Shown: in pieces, positions 47,901-58,750 of the stretch | How the letters are laid out: each line of letters starts with the position of its first letter | Position numbering within the stretch: the first letter of the stretch is position 1 | Origin: Anthoceros angustus | Taxonomy: Eukaryota; Plantae; Anthocerotophyta | Direction: 5' to 3' | Assembly: GCA_010909165.1 (NCBI GenBank) | Contig: MU008194.1 | Span: forward strand, 310,001-374,000 | DNA: 64,000 bases | Position numbers and translations under genes: made by a program | The notes under the pieces: model-generated | Told to the model about the DNA's origin: nothing | The model's database searches: none | Seen by the model: the letters and a program-made list of their open reading frames with translations, nothing else

Positions 47901-50900
47901 CCCTTCCTCATGTGGATGAGATCTTGGATGAGGTTTCGTCACGAGACATACTCTTTCTGCGATGGTTATTCGATTTCATCAGTCGCTATCTCTGCGAAGA
48001 TCAGATCGCTTTTGTGACACCATGGGGTGTGTTCATGTACAAGGTAATGCCTTCGGCCTTTGCAATGCGCCATCTTGTTTTCGTGAAGTCATGATGGAGG
48101 CTCACAGGCACCACAAGAGGAAGTTCCTACGTCTTCTTAGATGACTTTGCCGTGTATGGAGAAGAGGCGATCATCCAGAAACTTGGAGGAAGTGTTCTCC
48201 GACCCTAGCAAAATCGGGTTAAATCCTTGAAGTGCATATTTCATGAAGGGAACTTTTGGGGTTCATGATTGATTCCAAAGGTGTACATGCGAACTGGGAA
48301 GATCAAGTTTCGCCAAGGCCCAGCCAGTTAGCATAGAGGAAGTAAGATCATTTGTACAGGCAGCAAGTTACTACAGGAGGTTAATACCCAATTTCACAGA
48401 GGTAGCAGCACCTCTGTACAAATCCACGCGGAAGAATCAGGAACTGGTATGGGATGAACCAATGATGGAATCCTACGAGCGGTTACAAAATTTAATGGTG
48501 TCACCCCAGGTCATGAAACCACCAGATTGGTCAAGGACATTCTATGTGAGTGTGGAAGTAACAAGAGCATCTGGAATACAACTTATTCCAGGATGATGAG
48601 ACTAAGCATACACCTTGTATACTTTGCGGTAGGCTTATGACCGGATGTGAGACTAGGTACAATGCGTTTGAGCAAGTGGCGCGAGGAATGGTTGCGACGA
48701 AGAAGTTCCACCATTACGGCATCGCAAATTCTTTTCCGGTTAGCCTACATGCGCGATACGATGATGATACCCAATCCTACCCGGACGATTTGCAAAATGG
48801 GTATGTATACTCTCGATATGACTTTGAAGTCCGGATCAAGTCACTAAAATTTAGACAGTTGAGGCGGGCTGTGTGGATATGCATGCAAGGGCATCGATTC
48901 CGATCTTCAAGGTCACGAGCAAATGGAGGAAGCGACTCTCCGTGCCAAGTCGTAGGAGAAAGAAAGAAGCCGATGAAGAGGAAACAAAAGGTAACCCAAC
49001 CTTGGCTGCACTTTGGGCTGACCCATCCGCATTGAGTGATGCCGACATGGAAATTGTGGACCGATGGAGTCAGAATGCGCTGCCGGAGTAGGTGTGGTCT
49101 TGATGGCCCCGATGCAAAGGAAACTGTGAAGGAAAGCTTTGCGATTCCTTTAGCTACTAACAACGAGGCGGAGTACCAAGCTTTCCTACATGGTTTAAAA
49201 CTAGCAGACGACAGGGGAGTGCGCATTCTGAATGCTTTCTGTGATAGCCAATTACTTGTCAAACAGTTGCATGGAACATATGAAGTGCGTGCAAGGAATT
49301 TGAGAGCTCTTCACTCACAGGCTCTGGAGCTAATGCAGAAGTTTGAAGCAGTGTCCTTGACACATGTGCCACGACAAAGGAACGAGCTTGCTGACGGACT
49401 GGCCAAATTAGCTTTGAAGGAGGAACAAACTACCGCCCGAGCAGGTTCACAAGCCATGTCTCTAAGAATTGCGGCGGTATGTCGAGGAGTTCTTCATGCG
49501 TCTGGATGAGTATGAGGAAGAAACTGGGATGGACATCTGGAGCGTGAACGTAGCCAGCGTGGTGTTATTTGGCAGTGCAGGGATCGGCGCAATAGTGAGA
49601 TCTCCCCCAGGAGTGCGGATCTGTTCGATATCTAGGACCGTGGCCGCACGTAACCACAAGGAGGGGCTGGCAATGGCGATCTGGCAGGGTTAGTGGAAGC
49701 GGCCAAGTGTGGAGCAAAGCGGGTAATGATCAAGAGCCACGACTCAGAAATGTTGCTTGAGGTCCAGAATTTTGCAGCAGGCCAAGCTAGTACAGTGGCA
49801 GCCCCAGTCTTGATACAGATCGCAAGAATTGTGGCGACAATGGATGGAGTTGGTTTTCTACACATCGAGCTCGAATATTAAGGCACATAAGATGGCGATG
49901 CGGCTCTCTGCAGAATGCAAGGAAGAACAGTGCGACATTCCGAGCGATGGTCAGAAGATTGAAAACCCCGCAACCTTGTATGGACAAATCGCATTATCTC
50001 AAGGAAAGGAAAATGCCGGGAGCGATCCAAGCATGAAGAGGAAGTTACAATCTTGGTCGAAAGCATACACCATGATAGAAGGGAAGTTGTTTAGAATCGG
50101 TCCCGATAGGGTCCTACGCTTGTGTGTATGGGGTGAACAGATACCTCAGATCCTTTTTGAGATGCATGACTCTGTGTGTGGTGGTCATTTTGATGCGACT
50201 GCGACTGGTCAAAAGATTCTGAGGGCTGGTTTTTACTGGCCCACCTTGTTCAAGGATGTTCGTGAGTATTGCCGGAAGTGTAGTCTCTGCCAAAAGTTTG
50301 CCCGAGTGTCACTGAAGCAGGGTTTGTTGTGTCCAGTGTTTCCTAGCGGTCCCTTTGTCAAGTGGGGTATTGATTGTATAGGTCCGATCAGCCCAGTGTC
50401 ATTTCATGGCAATCGCTACATAAGACAAATCGACTATGCTACCAAGTGGGTTGAAGGTGTCAGCGGCTCGAGAAATGGTAGGGAACTTCGCCATCATGTG
50501 ATCACAAGGTTTGGATGTCCGAGAGATAGTGTCGGATCGAGGTCGAGAGTTTGTCAACGAGGTGGTTGAGAAAGTCATGTCCATGTTCTTTGTCAAGCAT
50601 AGGTTAACAACGCCTATCATCCTATGGCTAATGGTCAAGTGCTCAAACAAGATAGCCATCAAAGTGTTGTCTAAACTTTGCCGGGATGAGCCACGGGATC
50701 AACACACATGGTGCCCTCGGGCCATGCGAACCCGTGTTAAAAGCCGTGGGAGTTTCCCTTCGATTAGTACTGAGTACTGCTAGGGTACCCTCTCAAGTCA
50801 CTACTGAACAAGAGGATTCGGCATCCCGGAGGCTATGTCTATGGAAGAAGATGCAAGGATTATGCAGTTGCATGAATTGGATGAGGTCAAGAGCGCCTAC

Positions 50901-51160
50901 CTCACCATCAAGAAGAGAAACTCAAGCGAAGAAAAGTATGATGAGGACAGAAGGAGTTCGGTTTCTGTGGGAGAATGGGTCCTCAAAGCTAACGTCCGCA
51001 GTATCTCAAAAGGGAGTCAAGGCTGAGCCGCGTTAGGAAGGCCCATGGCTTGTCAAAAGATACATGAGAATGGGTCGGTAGATGTGGTGAAACCATCCGA
51101 TCTGGAAGGCTGGGAGGCGGTAAGTGGGTCTCACCTCAAGAAATTCTATTGCGATAACGC
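44946..51160 (+). pseudogene. gag-pol of element 2 (frameshifted in this assembly)
   Basis: Gag FPASLQGESEVWY..W..LC.AFL.KF. Zn knuckle C..CGEHGH...CP (~45710). PR DGGSSTNL. RT KKNGKIRMCVDFRELNKAT, GVFMYKVMP, FLDDF. aRH ATNNEAEYQA...CDSQL...HVPRQRNELAD. INT H...CGGHF, AGFYWPTLFKD, KWGIDCIGP. Confidence 0.88.
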
Positions 51161-52186
51161 CATGAGTAGCTGCGGTCCTGATTAGGATGCCCATACCATG
51201 ATTGAAGGCATCTAACCTAAGCCAGACTATTTTTAGGTGGGATTAGACTTGGATAGGGTATGATGGGTGAATGGCTGAGAATGTGATTGTTGGTAGCCGA
51301 CAAGTGGCCAATGGTGGCCAAGAGAACTACTTAAAGCTAGCGAGTTGATGGGAGGTGTGCATTGCCATGGCGAGAATGGACTCCTTCGCCTACTTATGAC
51401 CCTCACCGCAGAGGCCTCGTAGTAGGAAGGAAGTCATCCTGCTTCTCATCTGGCGGGCACCATGAGTGGTGCCCGATAGAAGGTTTTGATGAGGCGCCTT
51501 GACTTGAGTCGATGGGTAGGTCCAATGCGTACATGGACCCGGAGGTGTCATGAATGTTGGGAGGATCTTGGATGCACTTGTTTGCATCGGTGTGTCTGGG
51601 GTAGAAGCTTGCAGTGGGCGGGTCAATGTTTCACGGAAAACCATCCAACCATGGGGAACTTCAAGCTTGGTTAGTCGATTTGCGTGTCACCAAGGTCACC
51701 GAGTTCAATGATTGGTATTACTTGGTATATCCTTTGGCTCGGATCTTGAAGAAAGACTTAGCTTTTGGGAATGGTCATCTGCTCATGATGCTTCTGGACG
51801 CCTTAAGGCTGCGGAGCGGCTCCATGAGCCAACACCTTATCCGAGTGATAGATTTTGCGACCAACACTGCATGCCTTGGAGCCTATACTGGAGTCGATTG
51901 AAGAGGAGTCGAAAGACTTGATAGACCAGTTTGCAGGATTGATGCGGGGATTTATATCAAAGTTGAAAGGTAATGCCAGGGATAAAGCAGGGCCTTAATG
52001 ACCAACCATCGGGCATGAAGATGGAAGACCTTTCCCGGTGGCTCTTAGCTGGGTGAACAATACGATGCAGGGTGTGGTGTGCAATTCTGTGTGTGAAGTG
52101 TAACAGGGATCATGGAGTCATGTGTGTACGTAACTACATCCTTGTCCTTCTTATCGTGAGCGAGCCCAGCGCCACCGGGGAGCCAA

Positions 52187-52829
52187 TGCAAGGATAAGAA
52201 CGAAATAACAAGGGGATGTTTTGTGTGGTGTGAATGAAGCTTTCTATTCGATAGCAAGGGACCTCTGCAACAACGCCTCTTGGAATAGCGGTGCATAGGA
52301 TTCGAGGCATCCCGAGTTTAAAGTAGGGCCAACTTTAGAAAAGGACTCCGCCACAAATAGCGGCCATTGTAACTGGAAGGGGCATTCGAATGGACGGACG
52401 GAGTCCCCTTGCTCATCGAGCTTCTAAGCTCTTGTGCCTTGACCCTACCAAAGATTCTAGCTTGGTAGTTCTTTGTGTGTCCGAGTCATATGCTTTGTGT
52501 TCTCCCGAGGGACTTGATTGCGGCGATCGATCGTGCCGCAATTCCATCTGTATGTATGTATGGTGCAGACTCGGTGAGCGCAAAGACTAGGCCACATCAA
52601 GGCGTGGACGCTCTTCCCCGCCACACGGTGACATCAGGCAAGCCACAACTTCCCCATAGTCGACTAACACGTCGATTCGTCGACATACGAAGAGGTCATT
52701 CGTCACCGATGCGTTCAATAGGAAAGTCCATGGGAGCATCTCAGAATGTGCGAGACTGGTTACAAGTAGAAGGGTAGGGATCTCCCTCTTGGGGCGGGCT
52801 GCTACCTCAAGGAAACGGAGTATTTAACA
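52187..52829 (+). repeat. 3' LTR of element 2
   Basis: Direct repeat of 43920-44558, ending GTATTTAACA. Confidence 0.88.
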
Positions 52830-54617
52830 TGACCATAGTTACGAAGATTCATATTTATGAATATGTCGTCCATGTTTTACAACGTACAAAACGTTTTTGG
52901 TTTTTTATGCGTACATCCTAGTGGCATGATAAGTTACCAACTACGCACCGTTCCATAATTTTTTTATATTTTTCATTCACTATAATATTTCGTGTACTCT
53001 TGGATCTTACTTACTCCCGTACTCATTGTCGGGCACTCTCTTTGTTCCCGCCCACTAGCATTCCACAAGTTCACAGCAACTCTTATTTTCCGTTCACCGT
53101 AACATTCCCTGTACTCTTCATCTTATTCACTCCACTACTCGTTACTGTCGGGCACTCTTGTTTCCACGCACTTCCCTTGCCGCCCACTCCCATTCCACAA
53201 GTTTCACAATACCTTGTAGAAGAGACCCTTTGTCTTAGACCGTGGTGTGATGCTCAGTCCCTCCAAAGACTCATCTTATATGCTGAATCTCTCCAAAGCC
53301 TCATATTGCTTGCTCATTCTTCATCTTGCAAGAGAAGGATGCACAAAAGAAAAAGTGGTTCTCACCACTGTGGTTGTGTCATCTGCGCAGAGAAGGAGCA
53401 CGGGTCATCCTTCTCATCTTTTCATTGTACCGTCAGCAAACGTTCATAGAGAACTCACAATTGTTCGCAGAATTTTGTGCTAGAGTTGCTGCAACTTGCA
53501 CCCCCTGCTTTCTCCCATTTCTGTATCTTGTAGATTATTATTTGAATCAAACTTTAAACGTGGGCGACAGAGAACACACTTAGTAGTCAACAAGGAGCCA
53601 CAAACCTCCTCCCATACTTGATATAGTATTGAGAAGGAGGAGGCCAGCTCATGAAGTCTAACCACAACAAGAAGCAGCAGGCAACACCGTGTGAGCTTCT
53701 TACCTTTGCTTGCTGTCTATTAATTGCATGTTGTTCATTCAATTCCTGTCCTCTTGTTGTTGTCCATCAAGGAAGAAGCTCCACATAGAAGCTGAGAAGG
53801 AGAAGAAACATCATAATTTTTGAAGAAGGTGAATAATCTCGAAGGGGGTTTTCCGTAAATAATCTATCAAAGGGGTTTTGATGGGCCCTAAAACAACGTT
53901 TTTAACGCATTCCGGAAAACATCTCCAAAAAAAAGCTGTCACCTTCTAAAGTTCCTACTTTCCATCCAGCAAAATTTCTGTCAAATGGTGGTCGCAAACT
54001 CGAACCTATGGGATTAATGCAAAGTACGAACGGTAAGGAAGGCCGTTCCTGCCGGGAAGGGACGACTGTAAATTCAGTTTTGGGAGGAAATGTGGTTTAG
54101 TAAGGACACAACAAAAGCCACGGACAGGGTATTTCCAAAACACAATAACATCTGGAACCAGACGTACAACATTCACTCTGGGACCCCGGGATAAACCGTG
54201 GTTTTAGTTTCACTCATCACCAGAGTTCAATCTTTCGTCATCACTTGCTCCAGCTTCTCCAGCATTGTCATCACTATCTTCAGCGGCACTTTGACTTGCA
54301 GGTTGTATGAAGCCGCACAACTCGCAGAGCTTATCTCTTCGCTTTTTTGTCCACCGCATATACATGTTTCCGTGCGTTCAACACAAACCCATAATACAGG
54401 ATGGCTATTTCATTCACAAACACCTCCTGTATGTTTGTTGGGTAATGGACCTTATTCCCTTTTTTCCTCGGCATCAGACCAGATGGGTTGGCACTCTGAC
54501 GGACTATGTATTCCTACACATATAACCCTTCGTATGCATCTGTGTGCTCGGTCCGATACCAATGGATAAGAAAGTGAGGTCGTAGTGCATCTAGCTGGCC
54601 AATGACTCCCAATCCGT

Positions 54618-56568
54618 AATGGCCTCGTTATGCGTGTCCATAGTGCAACCGCGGAAAACATCCCTTCCGATTTCTATTATGACCCCATTCATCCGCCATT
54701 CCACTATTGCCTCCCGCATTTTGATATGCCCCAAGTATATATCACTGTGGGGTCCTCAATAATGCCTCATCCAAAGAAAGCTTCATCCGCACTTGAAGTG
54801 GTCAGTATGATCCACTCGCACGTGAAAACCACTTCCAAGGACGCCGTAGCACTAGCCCAATGTTATTCTCCACAATGATAGCAATCTCCTTCCGTCCACC
54901 CAAAAGGCTTCCCACCACTTGTACTCTTGACAATCACTTATGGCGCAAATCTTTAACCCTTCCAAATGGGCCACACCTTCCATCGGTGATAGGATACTGC
55001 CGTTCCTTCTTGTCCCCTAGCTTCACCCGCATGCATGGGCGGCGCCTCCCTTAGCACCACCGTCGGTGCATGCGGGTGGGAGCAAGGCGACCAGGCCTCC
55101 CGCCTGCGGCGCCTCCTTAGCACCACCGCCCATGGGCCTGCCTCCCCAACACGCCGCCCCTCGGGTAGGCCGCCTCCCCTAACACACCCGGCGGCCGGCG
55201 CCTCCCCTAACACACCACCCATGGGCGCCGGCCGGCGCCTCCCATGGGCTCCTCATCATCTTTTAAAAATGAATATTTAGCGGCTCAATAGTTGTGCAAC
55301 TTGAGACCGTTGGTCTTGGGAAAAAGGTGGTGTAATGAGTAGGTTCTGTGTTCGAAACTTGTATCCTCTTAATAATTGAATATTATTGATTTTAAGGACG
55401 CTTGCATGGGCACATGCTCAACCGACTTTGTTCATTTTAAGTACGCTAGCATTGCCTTAAAGCCCAAGTGGTTGCATTGAGTGCTAGAAGGTTGAAGACC
55501 ATGATTGGCGAGCTTTTGGATGAGGGTCAGCAGACCCTAAATGTTGTGTGGCAATCGACATCATCCAAGATCAGCCAAGAATTATACTAATGAATACGAG
55601 CAAGCATTGGAGAATGGCACATTATGCGTGTCCATAGTGCAGCCTTTGAAACATCCCTTCAGATTTCCATTATGTCCCCATTCATCCGCCATTCCCACTA
55701 TTGCCTTCGGCATTTTGATATGCCCCAAGTACATATCATGGGGTCCCTCAATAATGCCTCATCAAAGCTTCATCCGCACTTGAAGTGGTCGTATGATCCC
55801 ATACGCGTGAAAACCACTTCCAAGGACTGTAGCACTAGCCCAATGTTATTCTCCACAATGATAGCAATCTCCCCAAAAGGCTTCCCACTTGTACTCTTGT
55901 ATCACCTATGGCGCAAATCTTTAACCCTTCACAAAATGGGCCACACCTTCCATCGGTGATAGGATACGTTCCTTCTTGTCCCCTAGCTTCACCCATGCCG
56001 TGGTGCTGGGCGCCTCCCTTAGCACCACCGTCGGTGCATAGAGGCCGGCGCCGGCCTCCCGGCGCCTCCCTTAGCACCACCGCCCATGGGCCGGCCGGCC
56101 TCCCCAACACGCCTGCCCCGCCATGGCCGCGCCTCCCCTAACACACACCCCGCCCATGGGCGGCCGGCGCCTCCTTAGCACCACCGCCCATGGGCGCCGG
56201 CCGGCGCCTCCCATGGGCTCCTCATAGGCTGTCTTTAAAAATGAATATTTAGCGGCTCAATAGTTGTGCAACTTGGGCGTTGGTCTTGGGAAAAGGTGTG
56301 TAATGAGTAGGTTATGTTCAAAACTTGTATCTCTTAATAACTCAATATGTTGATTTTAAGGATGCTTGCATGGGCACATGGGCAACTAACTTTGTTCATT
56401 TTAAGGACGCTAGCATTGCCTTAAAGCCCAAGTGGTTGCATTGAGTGCTAGAAGGTTGAAGACCACGATTGGCGAGCTTTTGGATGAGGGTGAGACCCTA
56501 AATGTTGTGTGGCGATCGACATCATCGAAGATCAGCCCAATCTAATATACGAGCAAGCATTGGAGGAG
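54618..56568. repeat. ~1-kb tandem duplication (54618-55613, 55614-56568) within an unclassified, probably TE-derived region; each unit holds a GC-rich short-repeat array
   Basis: Both units start AATGGC..TTATGCGTGTCCATAGTGC and end ...GAGCAAGCATTGGAG. Arrays of CGCCTCCCTTAGCACCACCGCCCATGGG-like motifs lie at ~55046-55255 and ~56009-56225. Confidence 0.8.
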
Positions 56569-57345
56569 AATGACTTTGGCGGAGGATATGGACCGCACCG
56601 AATTTGGTGGTGGTCCTTTACTCGATGTCGGCGCAAGGCATAGACGAAGTGGCGCACTCTTGAATGACTATTGTCGATGCTGATGACCACTTCCTCCTTT
56701 AGCAATTGTTTGTTGCAATGTTCTCACGACCACTGAAATGAGATTCCCGCTAGTACAGGATTGATTTCATTGTGTTCCACCACTTGAAAGTAAAAGTTTT
56801 CGGTTGTAATAAACATATGAAAATGGCAGCCCTCTATGCATTCTACAAAAACGCAGACAAGCCCACACCCTACTGTGCTCTAATTTTGGAGTGTAGACTT
56901 GAAAGTGCGTCTTTTATCGAAGGTATGGGCTTAGAAAGGGTGTGCGCATTATCAAAGTAGGCGGATATCTTTGTTAGGGGAAGGTGTACATCGTGACAAG
57001 GGGGTGCTGTCTCGACCGAACGGGGTTACTATATTCCCCCCCTTCAAAAATTATTATGTTAAGGAAATTGCTGCACGTATGAAAGAGACAGCTGTTGAAT
57101 GCAAGAGGCGTAAGAGACTGGATTGTCTAGCTAAGAAGGAGAAGATGAGGATTGAGGCTGTGAATCAAAAGGTGCAAGAGGCTAAGGCCACTTTCGGCAC
57201 CCACAAGTTTAGGGAAACTTCTTTGTGAGGAGGTGGTGCGCCACCTGGCTTAGGGCACCTCAGATAGAGGTCTAACTTCGCCCTATTCCTGCATGGAGCC
57301 AGAAGAAGCCCCAACTAGGCCGGTCGGCCGCAATAAGGCCGTTGT

Positions 57346-57460
57346 GGCTAGGCCATTGACAGCTTGGCCAGGCCTGATCCTTGATCGCTCATCGCAGCTA
57401 GGCCATTGATGGCCTAGCCAGGTCTGATCCCTGATCAACCGTCACGGCTAGGCCACTGAC
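57346..57460. repeat. 50-bp imperfect tandem repeat, ~2.3 copies
   Basis: GCTAGGCCA(T/C)TGA recurs at 57346, 57396 and 57446, with CTGATCC(T/C)TGATC between. Confidence 0.7.
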
Positions 57461-58327
57461 GTTGCTCCTTTCCTCAACGCAACTCACTACGGTTTCGCCT
57501 TCAGCGATTGCCTGGGCAATGGAAACACCCCGATGCATGAAAACAGCACCAAGTCGGCGGAAGTGTTCGCGTCTAGCACAATGCTATTTGACGACTCGCT
57601 TGATTCTCTGCTCTGGCCTTAGGTTTCAGTTGTGGCCTTCGGAGTCCAGTCTTTGCTCCTTTCGAACACTCTTGGTCACCGAGCCAAGCGCCACCTCTGC
57701 ATAAAGAAAAAAAAAGTCAAAATCATAGTTACGCGGTGTTTGTGGCTGAAGTTTTCGTTGATAATCTATGGTTCCATTCATGGTGTCTTACCAAAATTCA
57801 ATCTTTCATTTCACCCAAGAGACACAAAATCTTAATTGTCTGCCACCTAATAGGTTTTCGATTATCATGCTCATGGAGAATCCAAATCTACTAAAAAATC
57901 CTACATTTTAAAATTCAAGACTAAAATAGGTGAGAAACGCAACTTTTCACTGAAATAGGTGTTATATGTCCCCTTATATTGCCACCAGGCACAAATCTTG
58001 TCCCGAGCTGGTACCAAATCGGGTCTCATATTCTACTTACTTCAACCCATGATTTAGTATTTCCACAAAATGGAGCGCGCACGCAAAGAATGAAGAAGTC
58101 TATTTTAAGTCTATTATATATAGTGCAATTTGACCAAAAGCAAGCTAAGCAGAGAAGAAAGAAGTCTACCTATTATAGTCCACTTCATGGGAATTGGGCA
58201 CCAAGAGCATCCACTCCCTCTAAGCACCCCATCTAAGTATCGATCGGAGCTAAGATGGAACCAGGGAGGCCAAATTTAGAAGAATGTGCAGAACTGCTTG
58301 CATTTTAGTGTCCATTATCTCATCAGC

Positions 58328-58399
58328 GGGCATTTGGTCTAGTGGTATGATTCTTGCTTAGGGTGCAAGAGGTCGCGAGTTCGATTCTCGCAATGCCCC
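58328..58399 (+). tRNA. tRNA-Pro(AGG): tRNA-Pro(AGG)
   Basis: GGGCATT/AATGCCC acceptor stem, TGGTCTAGTGG A-box, CTTGC-TTAGGGT-GCAAG anticodon arm, GCGAG-TTCGATT-CTCGC T arm; 72 nt. Confidence 0.97.
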
Positions 58400-58750
58400 C
58401 GTCTGTGGTCTCAGACATAGATATGTTATCCGTTAACTTCGTGCCTCAATCCTTCTGACATCTGTTCACAACTTCAAGCATCTCAGAGGCATTTAATTTA
58501 AGCATCGGCGTCGATGAGCCAAGTAAATGTAGATTCGAAAGTTGAGATACATATATTTCCATTTTGGGAGCCAACTACAGACGGATGTGAAGCCGTGAGA
58601 GCTCGACTGCAGATTTCGTAACCGAAGACGTTGCCGGCCTTCCACTGTCACCTCTACATCCGTGCAGCAGTGTACTGTGCGTAGCATGTTTCACGTCTTC
58701 CGCACAACGACAACCGCGCTGTGCTCAGGCTGATGGAAATAGGCGCTCGT

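Larger units (their letters stand above)
43920..52829 (+). mobile_element. Full-length Ty3/gypsy LTR retrotransposon, Tat-like (additional archaeal-type RNase H between RH and INT), 8.9 kb
   Basis: LTRs 43920-44558 and 52187-52829 (~640 bp, TG...TTAACA). PBS-like TGGCACCGTGAC at 44561. PPT-like GGGGAGCCAA before the 3' LTR. Flanks TGAC / TGACC (imperfect TSD). Gag, CCHC, PR (DGGSSTNLI), RT, RH, aRH and INT present. Confidence 0.92.

Noticed and set aside
50950-51160. Chromodomain at the integrase C-terminus of element 2
   Set aside because: The sequence fits only a GPY/F-type module (GPWLVKKIHENGSV...HLKKFY), and the aRH points to a non-chromovirus lineage.
54300-55000. Possible CACTA/MULE transposase remnants on the minus strand
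   Set aside because: All frames are interrupted and I could not recognise any diagnostic motif.
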